A DNA stretch of 49,510 nt, filler included, from Stramenopiles sp. TOSAG23-2 (Eukaryota), in assembly GCA_900128395.1 (NCBI GenBank). It is 2 parts of 2 records of this genome, joined end to end, with 100 filler letters (N's around TTAATTAATTAA, not from the genome) between each part and the next. Parts side by side here need not be neighbours in the genome. Positions count along the whole stretch, not along the records: positions 1 to 24,808 come from LT649460.1; 1 more part is not named here. One strand, written 5' to 3'. The notes below the pieces were generated by a model that saw only the letters and a list, made by a program, of their open reading frames with translations, was not told where the DNA came from and did not search any database. The translations under genes and the position numbers were made by a program. Of the stretch, positions 11,392 through 22,006 are shown piece by piece (position 1 is the first letter of the stretch; every line of letters begins with the position of its first letter).

Positions 11392-11478
11392 CGCAGCAAA
11401 GGTGGACTTGAACCACTATTTAATGAAAAATCTATAGGTTTGAAGCCTACACTCCAGACCCCTGAAGCTCATCGCTGC
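11392..11478 (-). tRNA. tRNA-Sec: tRNA-Sec (UCA), copy 2, identical to copy 1
   Basis: Same 87-nt sequence shifted by 179 bp; followed by TTTGATTTT. Confidence 0.95.
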
Positions 11479-11932
11479 CCATTTATAATTATTTCTCAAT
11501 GGATATATATGCAATACTATTTGCATGTTATTAGGAAATGTAAATTTTATGTATATATAAGAAATGAGGATTTAACAGGGACATAGCATCTAGCATTCAC
11601 ATACCACAGGAATTATCCATTTCAATCATTTATAATGGCACAGTATTGGATTTCGTGGATTTCATAATTTGGTACCAAAGTATGTATATTTTCGGTTATA
11701 ACTACTTTTTTAAAATCATATCTATCCTTAGATGTAATATTATTTCCGAAAGATTCTCAAAACGTTTCCTCCCAGCTTTTGAGTGAGATTTTGATGTTTT
11801 TAAACAACGGGAATGGAACTATTGCTATATTGACTAAAGTATGTATATTTTCGAATACTACTACTTTATAAAATAAAATCAATATAGCAATTTCCTATTA
11901 TTTCCGAAATAATTCCATAAAAAGCGAGGAGT

Positions 11933-12139
11933 TTTGATGAACAGAAGATTAAAGTGAGGGGAGGAATCCATTCAATAAGTCACTGTATGTGTGTGTTCGT
12001 GATGAATGACTCTTTCTCTAACATTTTTATTTTATTTATATATATACATATATACATGTATTTAGGAACGTTTGATGAACAGAAGATTAAAGTGAGGGGA
12101 GGAATCCATTCAATAAGTCACTGTACGTGTGTGTTCGTG
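11933..12139. repeat. Near-identical ~68-bp direct repeat pair
   Basis: tttgatgaacagaagattaaagtgaggggaggaatccattcaataagtcactgta(t/c)gtgtgtgttcgtg at ~11933 and ~12071. Confidence 0.9.
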
Positions 12140-12221
12140 TAGATGTACAGACAAAACACATATTGCAGATGTACATATCAGTAGAGAAACAATATTATTA
12201 ACAATAACGTACAGATACAAC

Positions 12222-12959
12222 ATGAAGTCAAGATCATATGCAATAATATGCATCGTTGCATTTATTGTACTATTGCTACATAGTCACAATGTCAATGGAA
12301 GTAATGTAAATAATAATAGAATTAATAATAATAATAATCATAATAATCATAATAAAATATTAACAAAAGTAAGACAACGTACACAATTACGTAGTAATAG
12401 GAACAACCAAAAGAATGAAGATGATGATGAAGAGATTAATCAATTGATACAAGAAAAATTAATGGAATCATTCAATTCATTTTTACAAACAAATAGTCAA
12501 GCACAAAGTAAAGTAGAACCACGTGATGCTGAAAAAGGTGGCTCTGAGGAAGAATTATTGCCATGGGATAGAATACGTTTAACTGCACAAAGTTGCCAAG
12601 AAGGTCCAACGTATTCACGTTATGAACCAGCAAATATGAAATTAATCACAGATCAAGAACAATGCAATGTTTGCAGTCGTATTGTTGTCAATGCAAATCG
12701 TTGGAATTGGAAAAAACATTATTCCTCCCTATGCGTTGGTGTACCAAGGCATTTATTGGATTTATGTAAACATTGGGCATGTAAAATGTCAGTACATTGT
12801 CCAGAATTTATTGGAAATAAATGTATTGTAGATGGTTATGAACGTATGCCATGCCCGAAAAAATATTTATGTTGGAATTGTTTAGGGATACCAAAAAAAA
12901 ATGTTGCAAATTGTTTTGATACTTTAGATACAAAATTACATAAAGCAAATGGTGTTTAA
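12222..12959 (+). CDS. Secreted Cys-rich protein with a saposin-B-like C-terminal domain, 245 aa
   Basis: True start is likely ATG 12222 with signal peptide MKSRSYAIICIVAFIVLLLHSHNVNG. Cys spacing CNVCSRIV...LCVGVPRHLLDLC...CPKKYLC resembles saposin-like domains, with extra cysteines. Confidence 0.65.
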   Translation: MKSRSYAIICIVAFIVLLLHSHNVNGSNVNNNRINNNNNHNNHNKILTKVRQRTQLRSNRNNQKNEDDDEEINQLIQEKLMESFNSFLQTNSQAQSKVEPRDAEKGGSEEELLPWDRIRLTAQSCQEGPTYSRYEPANMKLITDQEQCNVCSRIVVNANRWNWKKHYSSLCVGVPRHLLDLCKHWACKMSVHCPEFIGNKCIVDGYERMPCPKKYLCWNCLGIPKKNVANCFDTLDTKLHKANGV

Positions 12960-13217
12960 TATGGCGCGAGATTAATTTGTGTGTGTGTGTGATGTGTGAA
13001 TGGATGGATATATATGAAAATGTCTGTAGTAGTGTGGAGTGGAATCAATTTGTTTCCGGATCAAAAGAAAAGAAGATTTTTTTTCATTTTTTACAATTGA
13101 CTAAATGTGTGTGTGAGTGTGAAAGTGCGTGAAAGTGCGCATCATTTAATATAATATATATATATATCTAAAAACAATTATCTACGTAACTATTTCAATA
13201 TTTACAATTATTTATGT

Positions 13218-13806
13218 TCGTGCGATTGAGTATTGAGCATATATTATGCATACTTAACACGAGAAGTGGTAAAATTATATTATAACTTATAACATATTAG
13301 ATTTTAAACATCTCATTTAAATAAATTATACAAATAATATTCCATATTCCAGTACGTTTTCTGTCACACAGGTGTCGTCTCATATTACTTTAACACGAGA
13401 AGTGTAAAATTATTATAACTTAGATTTTAACCAATATAGTTAAAGATTTTATTTTACTCATATGATAATGTTATATACACTTGTACGATACGAACCGTCG
13501 TAGAATATTATTCTCTTGCGATTGAGTATTGAGCATATATATTACTTAACACGAGAAGTGGTAAAATTATATATTATAACTTATAGATTTTAAACATCTC
13601 ATTTAAATAAATTATATACAAATAATATTCCATATTCCAGTACGTTTTCTGTCACACAGGTGTCGTCTCTCCTCTTATATATTTTATTTTTTTTCTATGA
13701 CACACTCCTATATACAAATAATATTCCATATTCCAGTACGTTTTCTGTCACACAGGTGTCGTCTCTCCTCTTATATATTTTATTTTTTTTCTATGACACA
13801 CTCCTA
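13218..13806. repeat. Complex nested local duplications between convergent genes
   Basis: tgcgattgagtattgagcat...ttaacacgagaagtggtaaaatt occurs twice (~13221, ~13517); acaaataatattccatattccagtacgttttctgtcacacaggtgtcgtctc occurs three times (~13330, ~13618, ~13714). Confidence 0.9.
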
Positions 13807-13817
13807 ATACATGCACG

Positions 13818-13850
<33 letters not shown>

Positions 13851-13887
13851 TATCTACGAGTAGTTATATAGTTATGTTCCTTGTTTT

Positions 13888-16800
13888 TTAAAACAATGTA
13901 CTACCAAACGAAACTGAACGTTCTTTTAATACAGTCGTATGTCCCCCATCACCACTACTAGTAGTAGTATTACCATCATCAACGTTTTTCTTCTTCTTAT
14001 CATTATTATTATTATTATTATTATTCTTTGACATTACATTTAATTCATCTTCAATTTCAGTTAAAACTTTTAATATATAATCAATGGAAGGACGCATATT
14101 TTGATCATGTGACCAACATGCTTTTGCTAATTCGCAATATTGTGAATACATTATCGAACGTATTTTATCACTCATTGTCGTATCACTACCATCATCATTT
14201 TGTTTTTCTGCATCTGTTTCAAAGATTATATTATCTTTAAATGTTGGACGTAATTTGTGTTCACATACTTTTGTCATTAAATCAATAATCGATGTAGTGT
14301 CCTCACTGAATGGCACACCACGTTCCTAAATACATGTATATATGTATATATATAAATAAAATAAAAATGTTAGAGAAAGAGTCATTCAACACAATAATAA
14401 ATCGATTTATAAAATAAACCTACCATAATTTCCCACATGACCAAACCAAATGCATAAATATCAATACGTTGATCATAAAATCGACCAACCATTACTTCTG
14501 GTGCAATCCATGCTGGTGAACCACACCTCGTAGACAACAAGAAACTTTTCTCCAATGTTGAGCTTAAACCAAAATCACATAATCGTACGGATAAATTTTC
14601 AATACTTGTATTGATATTTTTACGCAAATATTCAGTTAATAATTCATTTGAATTAATTTTTTGTGTTTCGGTTTTATTACTACTGTTATTGCCTTGTTCA
14701 TCATCATCATCATCATCACTACTACAACTGCTACTGCTACTACTACTATCATCTTTGTTACTATCCTCCTCCTCGTCATCATTGCCATCATTTAATTTTT
14801 TCTTCATAAATCGTTGTAATTGAAGATTTTTAAAAATATGTTTATGTGGATGATCGTCTACTTTCTTCTTAGCCCTTTTTTTATATCCAATAATAATATT
14901 TGCAGTTTTTAAATCACGATGTACAACAACAGGTTCTTTATTATGTAAATATTTTAAACCGTTTGCAATATCTTTTGCAATTTTAATTTTCAATTTAAAG
15001 GATAATTGGATTTTATCGTTTGATAAAATATCACGTAAACATCCATATTTCATATATTTACTAACTAGCCAAACTTCATTTTGTGTTGCAACCACACCAA
15101 CAATTTCAACTACATTTGGATGTACTAATGATTGCATTAATTCAATTTCTTTTTGCATCAATGCAAGCTCACGTTCACTTTTTTCAGTATGTGTTCTACG
15201 ATAACATTTTATTGCAACTTTCATGCCTCTAACTTTGCACTTATAGGTAGTACATGCATGGCCAGATGATAAAATTTGTTTTTTCTTTAAAACAGGTATT
15301 TCCCATCTTTCAAGTGGTTTAATATTATTTTTTTTCACTTTTGTATCATATGGTAACGATAATTGCGATTCTTGATCTGTACTATTATTATTATTATTAT
15401 CATTATTATTGCTGATATTATTGTCGCTACTATTAATCAAATATGATGAAGAAGAAGATCTTGTAGCAGCACTAGTAAGAATACTACTAGATGTGTTGAT
15501 AGAATAATTATTATCATTTTGCTGTATTTGATGATTTTGTGATAATGGTTGTGCTAACTTTGTTTCTGTATTATTATTACGTAACCACATATTTGTAGCT
15601 TTTCTATTTTTTTGCCATTGTTGCAATTTTAAAATCAATGTTTGTACCATATTTTTTTTAACCGGTTTAATTAAATAATCATCTGCACCAAGTTCCATGG
15701 CTTTATTGATATCGTTTAATTCTTCCACAACGCTGACTAGTATGATTGGAATATGTAATAATAATATATTACTTTTAACTTGTTGGATAAATTCAATACC
15801 ATTGACACCTGGCATATTTTTATCACACATAATTAAATCATATTTGTATTGATTTTCAAGCAATTCTTGCAATGCATCATTAGCACTTGAACAACATTTT
15901 ACGACGTATCCACAAACTTCCAATACATGTCGTAATGCTAAACGATGGAATGCACTATCATCAATTACTAGTACAGTAATATCCGAAGTTTCTTTATATA
16001 CTTTAGTTGGTATTTCTCGTTCTGGAGTTTGTCGTGTTAGAATATTATCAACCACTTGTATTTCTACCACTGATGATGATGATGCTTGCGCTATGGTTAC
16101 TGGAACAACTATTGACGACGGTGAAGGTTGTTGAATAGTATTTGCAACATGTGGCATATTATTGTTACTATTGTTTCTACTATTGCTACCGCTACTCATA
16201 CTACTACTACTACTACTACTACTAACACCGCTATTACTGTTAATAATACTATTGTTACTAATCCCCATCACATTATTATTTGTAGTACCATTAAACGTTT
16301 CTTTTGTTTCTACGTTGTTATTATTATAATTTGTTGTGTGAAGAACATTTGCTATTATGCAACTGCTATTATTAATGTTATTTGCATGTGCGGATTGAAG
16401 ATTTAATTTAATATCTTCAAGACTGCTATTACTATATAACAATTTATTCGTATCTTCCAGACTACTAGTACTACTGCCAGTACTGCCACTACTATGAACT
16501 CTTTGTTTTTGTTTTTGCTGGACCTTTTCTTTCAATATATGTAAATCATATTTTGTTTGCAATTTTGTTAACATATCTAATGCAAGTGGTCGTTTATTTA
16601 TCGTTTTATCGATACTTTTTTGAATTAAATCAATAAAAAATTGTGGTGATTTTGTAGAGTTACTTGATGGCATCTCTGGGCGTTCCCCAATTTTATATTT
16701 ATATGGTACAACTCTAGGATCATGATATGTTTGTTCTGAAAAAGGTAACCTCCGTGTTAACATTTCCCAAAAGACAATTCCAACACTAAATATATCACAT

Positions 16801-18104
16801 CGCATTAATTCATTACCTGTAAACACTTTATTTTGTTTAAATCGTTCTGGGCATGTCCAATATAAACTAAATTCTTCTTTTTCTTTGTCATTCATTGGTG
16901 GTAACATATGGTGATGGTTGCTGTCGCCATTGTTTGTTGCTGCTGGTGGTAATACAACATTTGGGTTTGCGATCATAGTTGCTAATGTACTCTTTTTCGT
17001 TGTTGTTGTTGAAGACGTCGCCGTCGTCGTTGACCATATGTCATTTTTCATTTTATCTTTTGATCGATCCCATTCAAATGAATGTGTAAAATCAATTAAT
17101 TTACCATGATGATGTGTATGATCTAACATAATATTTGGTGATTTAATATCACCATGTATGATGATAATATTGTTTTTTTTCACCCGTCTTTGTTGATTGT
17201 CGTTGCTGCTGCTGCTGCTGCTGTTGTTGTTGTTGTTGTCCCTATTATTATTAGTAGTAGTATCATTATTTATGATATTATCATGATAAAAATAATTATG
17301 AAGGTACGTAATTGCTTGTAAGATATCAATACTAATTTTCAATGTTTGGCCATAAAAATCTAAATCAGGTAATTTTTTATTATTTAATCTATCATATAAT
17401 GTACCACCATTTAAATATTCTAAACATATGTATTTATTTACGTTGTTTTTTAATACATTTGAATTGCTTGACATTTTTTCAATCGATAATCCTAGAAACG
17501 TAATGATATTTGGATGTCGAATACGTTTAAAAAATTTCAATTCATTTTGCAATTGTGAATTTTTAGAATGTGTTTTCATGACAATCGGTGTACCATTCCA
17601 TTTTACTTTATATACGGTTGATAATGATGTATGTGATAAAATATATTTCGTTTTGTAATCAATATTATGTAATATTGGTGAGGTAGTAGTATGTGGTTGT
17701 TGTAAAATCGATGTTGTTGTATTGTTGTCGTCATTGTCGTTTTTATTCCTGTTGGAAGTAAAAGTCTTCTTCGAGTTGTATTTATCATTTTGATTGACAT
17801 GTAAACTTGATGTTTTGACGGTATTTAATTTACCTAACGTTGTTGCTGTTGTTGTTATAGATGGTATAGAATTTGATAACGATGACGATGTTGGCATTGA
17901 CAATATATTATTATTATTACTTGTTGTAATATTATTATTATTATTATTATTGCTTGTAACTATTTGGTGATTTATTATATCATCATTATTTTGACATATA
18001 TTAGTTTGGATATTATCATGATTCTGTGCAGAACTATTATAATTATTATTATTATTATTATTATTATTATTGGATGTATTCAACGTACTATTTTTGCAAC
18101 CCAT
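13888..18104 (-). CDS. Dual TKL-type kinase with central response-regulator receiver domain (kinase-REC-kinase), ~1372 aa; exon 18104-14424, intron 14423-14326, exon 14325-13888
   Basis: Kinase 1: HPNII, HGDIKSPN, DFT, WTCPE, DIFSVG. REC: VLVIDD...DLIMCDKNMPGVNG...ILVS...GADDYLIKP. Kinase 2: VAIK, HRDLKTAN, DFG, WIAPE, DIYAFG. GTAGGT donor and TTTAG acceptor join WEIM|ERGVPF in frame. N-terminus MGCKNS. Confidence 0.92.
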
Positions 18105-18506
18105 GATGTGTTGTATGTGTATATATATATATATAACAATAAGAGGTTTGTTGGTTTAATATATACGTGCTTGAAACGTGTATGTATTTTATTTATGTCT
18201 GAAAATATTTTATAAATGAAATTAATACAGAAATGATTCTCTGTGTTGTTATATATTAGATATATCCTCAAAATTATTAATAATAATAATAATAATATAT
18301 CTTGATTTAATTATATAATTATATTATATATACAATAAAACGTTATATCTATATGTGATTGTCGTCGTTGTATGTGAATATATTCTTCGCCTATAAAACC
18401 GTGGTGTACTCTTCTACATCAGTAGTGTGACATACAGTATATCCAAATACAAAGACTTTCTATCTATACATCTATCTATCTCTACAACAATAATACATAT
18501 ATATAT

Positions 18507-18720
18507 ATCCACACAGTAATATTATTATTTATAAAAATGGTCGAACTCCACAAGGCACCTAAACATTAAGGAATTTTTAATTAAAAACTACCAATTTTAT
18601 TTAAATTAAACGATTAATAATAGTATTTTTTGGTCAATTTTAATCTTTTTTGGTAAATGCCTTAATTGTTAGGTGCCTGGTGGAGTTCGACCTTTTTAAA
18701 AATAATATTACTGTGTGGAT
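18507..18720. mobile_element. MITE-like foldback element, ~214 bp, with ~65-bp imperfect terminal inverted repeats
   Basis: Left end atccacacagtaatattatt...ggtcgaactccacaaggcacctaa...ttaagg is the reverse complement of right end ccttaa...ttaggtgcctggtggagttcgacc...aataatattactgtgtggat. AT-rich non-coding core. Confidence 0.75.
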
Positions 18721-19337
18721 GTAGTAACATCCAAAATCAATCAATCAATCGCTCTTTATGTGTGACGTGTGACTCAGGCACTCACTCAGGCACTCACTAT
18801 ATTATTTATATGCTAAATATAAATAGGGATCGACTAATCTGTGTGCGACAGTAGTGCCTGTGATCCATCCATCAACTTGAAGTGCAATCCATCCTGGTTT
18901 ATGTATTTAAATGGAATGCAAGATGCAAAAGGTGCAAGGTGCAAGGTGCAAGGTGCAAAGGTACACACAGTCTTTTTTTGAGGCCTTTTATGCTGTTATA
19001 ATACTTTTATTGGACTATTTATGCTTGTATGTCTGTTTTTTTCGTTTTGCAACTTTTCTTTTTTTAAAGTGCAAATTGCAAAAGTGCAAAAATGTACAGG
19101 TGACCGTATTTTTTTTAGTGAGAAAAGGAATATGATATATATGTAATATATGGAATACGATTATTTTTTTGAAAATAATATATGTGATACGAAGATATAC
19201 GAAGTATAAATATTACACGGCACACGGCATAAAATATATGTAGAATATTTTATTTACAAAAAATATAACAACAATGATGGTGCTAATAATAGTAATTTAA
19301 CTACAGTTGCTGAATTTAACACAGTTGCTGATGATCA

Positions 19338-19686
19338 TACTGATGGTCATAATAATAGTAACATTTCAGCTGATGATGATGGGTGTGGTGGTGATGTGGT
19401 GATGGTTTCAGATGATGATGATGGTTGTGGTGATGCATGTGATACATGTGGTGGTATATGTTCATGGGAACATATACCACCAGCTATATTACGTGAGAGT
19501 ATATTAAAAAATTTAATTAGTTATATGTCTCATAATAAAGTTAAGTAACATTTCAGCTGATGATGATGGGTGTGGTGGTGATGTGGTGATGGTTTCAGCT
19601 GATGATGATGGTTCTGGTGATGCATGTGATGCATGTGGTGGTATATGTTCATGGGAACATATACCACCAGATATATTACGTGAGAG
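19338..19686. repeat. Duplicated ~140-bp segment within an orphan coding-like fragment; each copy carries a perfect 15-bp-arm hairpin
   Basis: agtaacatttcagctgatgatgatgggtgtggtggtgatgtgg...atattacgtgagag occurs at ~19357 and ~19544. Confidence 0.85.
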
Positions 19687-19980
19687 GTGAATTTACTTGC
19701 AACCTTCTCTAAAGGTTGTTGATTTTTACATTTTTAATTCCCCCAAGCAGATATGTTTTGTTTTGAAAAATTGATAAAATGCCTTGTTATAATATAGAAA
19801 GCATGCGATTGTGAAAATATCTAGATATTTTTTATCGATATTATATCGTCTTCAAATCGAGAGAGGTATAATATATAATTATACATGTGTAAGTAATGTG
19901 TATTAAATTTATATATCTTGGAAATGTTAATCCTGTAATCCACACAAATCTACTTCATTAAACCAGCAATTGTATTAGAG

Positions 19981-20319
19981 ATGGAAAACGAGTTAAAAAC
20001 ACAACATCATGTAAAACCTAGAACTGCAATGGACCGGGATTATACTTGGTTCTTAGGATGGAAAATGTGTAATACTGGTACTAGTAGTGGAAAAGTTGCA
20101 AGGTACAATCGTGATGCATTCAAATTATTGTATGGTACTGATGATGAATTTCAACCTGGTACAGATGTTGATGTGGCAAAAATATATTATCAACAAATTA
20201 CATATAAATCAACTGGTTCAAATAAATATGCTGCAACTGGAACGCAAAATGAGCGAAATTTATTAAATCATGTAAAAAACACATTGTTTTGTGATAACCT
20301 CCACCGAAGATATACATAA
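19981..20319 (+). CDS. Hypothetical protein or gene fragment, 112 aa
   Basis: ATG-initiated ORF with protein-like composition; no recognisable motif. Confidence 0.35.
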   Translation: MENELKTQHHVKPRTAMDRDYTWFLGWKMCNTGTSSGKVARYNRDAFKLLYGTDDEFQPGTDVDVAKIYYQQITYKSTGSNKYAATGTQNERNLLNHVKNTLFCDNLHRRYT

Positions 20320-20718
20320 TTTTAATATTATATGAATTATATCTAACTGTAGATATATGTAAAGAATTTGCAAATAACTGGCTTGATGTTGGTGCAAATG
20401 TACATTATATAAAGCAAAAGAGAATGCCAAAACATCAGGATTGAAACTGATGGATGTACTAAAACCTTAGTGTAAATATCAGGGTTTCTGTGCTGTGTCC
20501 ATGTCCTAACGCTATAGCAATAGTAAATTTAGCAGCTAAATAGCCACGGGTAGTGTCTAGTATAAATTATATAGGAAAACTCGTTTTTCTTTGTGAAATG
20601 CTCGCGTGCATTTCAATGTTTGGATATGAAAAATAATAAATAAATAAATTTACATATTCAACATGCACACATATTAGTAATATAAAAAAAATGAAAGGGT
20701 CCACTCTCCTCTCTCTGT

Positions 20719-20970
20719 TCAAAGCTTTGCTACAATTCCTGTTTCCTGTTCACCTGGTAGTTTCGGTACACCAACACCTTTTAAATGTTGTCTTGATGGA
20801 TCATTAGCTGCCATTCCTTCATATGTTGAAGGAACACCGGCTAATTTACAACAATTTTCAACATATGTTTGTGTTCTTAATCCTAAAAATTCTCTCTCAC
20901 CTTTTTCTCTCGTAGCTTCATGTAATTGAATTTCATCTTCCATGGTTTTATAAGTGGGAGTTTGATATTT
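20719..20970 (-). pseudogene. Orphan C-terminal gene fragment ending in PTS1-like AKL; resembles the tail of a flavin-containing monooxygenase
   Basis: IKLP/TYKTMEDEIQLHEATREKGEREFLGLRTQTYVENCCKLAGVP...IVAKL. Frame is closed upstream by TGA TGA TAA and overlaps the end of the 20883-21455 ORF. Confidence 0.4.
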
Positions 20971-21455
20971 TCTTTATCATCACTAACGGATAGACCAATC
21001 CATGCATTGATTGGAAATTTTGCTGGGGCAATGGTTCCACTTGGATCTGTCCATTCAATAGTAATACGACTCGCCCATGATCCTTTTGGTCCATTTGTAC
21101 TTGATGCAAACCATACGGTGCCGGTAATATTGACTGGTGGTGGGGATGGTTTATTTGGTACATTAAAATTACAATCGGCACTACAATAGGTTGAATCGAC
21201 TTGGCACATAACTACCCATTTCTGATCGTTTCCATGCGGTTTAATAGTCATCGTACCATCCGATGAAATAGATACTTCTTTTTGATCACCATCATGCATA
21301 TCAGCAAATATATTATGAAATGGAAATAAGGATTTTTCACATGTTGTTTGTAATTTATTATTATTACTTATTTTGATATCATTTGTTGCAACGACAACAG
21401 CAATCACTGATGCAATAATTGCAACAAGGGCAATTATATTGACTCGTTTCATCAT
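20883..21455 (-). CDS. Secreted beta-rich hypothetical protein (~190 aa; C-terminus uncertain)
   Basis: Signal peptide MMKRVNIIALVAIIASVIAVVVA followed by a globular region FADMHDGDQKEV...CSADCNFNVPNKPSPPPV...WTDPSGTIAPAKFPINAW. Confidence 0.7.
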   Translation of the reverse strand: MMKRVNIIALVAIIASVIAVVVATNDIKISNNNKLQTTCEKSLFPFHNIFADMHDGDQKEVSISSDGTMTIKPHGNDQKWVVMCQVDSTYCSADCNFNVPNKPSPPPVNITGTVWFASSTNGPKGSWASRITIEWTDPSGTIAPAKFPINAWIGLSVSDDKENIKLPLIKPWKMKFNYMKLREKKVRENF

Positions 21456-22006
21456 ATTTATTAAATTATACGTTCTTTCTTTTTCGAATATTGTGGCCTT
21501 TCCTGTTTCTATTCTCTGTTCTTACAGTTCTGATGCATTTTTTGTTCTTTTTGGAACACAAAAAAAACACAAAATTTTTTTATGATTTTTTAAGTAGTTT
21601 ATCTTCTATCTTCTTGAGATCACTTTTCGGTCGCTTTTCGTAAATGTAAATATTCAATAATTAACACGTGTTATAATTGAAATACTGACGATTTATTTTT
21701 ATTCAGTATTTTTTATAAAATAAAAATATAAAAAAAAAAATTTATTCATAGATAGAAAATTCAATATTATATACTGTAGTAAAGTTATACATATACTTGT
21801 AATACTTGTACCACATCTTGCTATACCATGATTCATTATATATATATTACATCCAACCATGAACAAATCAAATTGCATCCAGATATAATATTGTTTATCA
21901 TTGCAATATATACATATTATATATGTATTATATTTTACATCTATCATATTCTTACACCATGTATCTATATCATCATATAGTCGCTGACTTAGAATTATTT
22001 GATTTT

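Larger units (their letters stand above)
11204..11564. repeat. Exact 179-bp tandem duplication carrying the tRNA-Sec gene and its upstream flank
   Basis: aaaatcaaacgcagcaaagg...tatatataagaaa is repeated with period 179. Confidence 0.95.

Noticed and set aside
11213-11478. tRNA(UCA) as an opal suppressor or tRNA-Trp indicating UGA reassignment
   Set aside because: The 9/4 fold, long D-stem and long variable arm are tRNA-Sec hallmarks. Other genes here end in TGA (e.g. 31346-31348, 35140-35142) and Trp is encoded by TGG.
11000-13806. Repeated units as a CRISPR array
   Set aside because: Units are long (68-179 bp), have 2-3 copies and no unique spacers; context is eukaryotic.
18925-18962. Heptamer repeats (gcaaggt)n, also (ctcacag)n at ~3335-3370, as telomeric or functional arrays
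   Set aside because: Only 4-5 units, internal, and not a known telomere motif; treated as minisatellites.
14028-19135. Small ORFs opposite the kinase gene and across the MITE and heptamer repeats
   Set aside because: Antisense shadows or low-complexity, with non-ATG starts.
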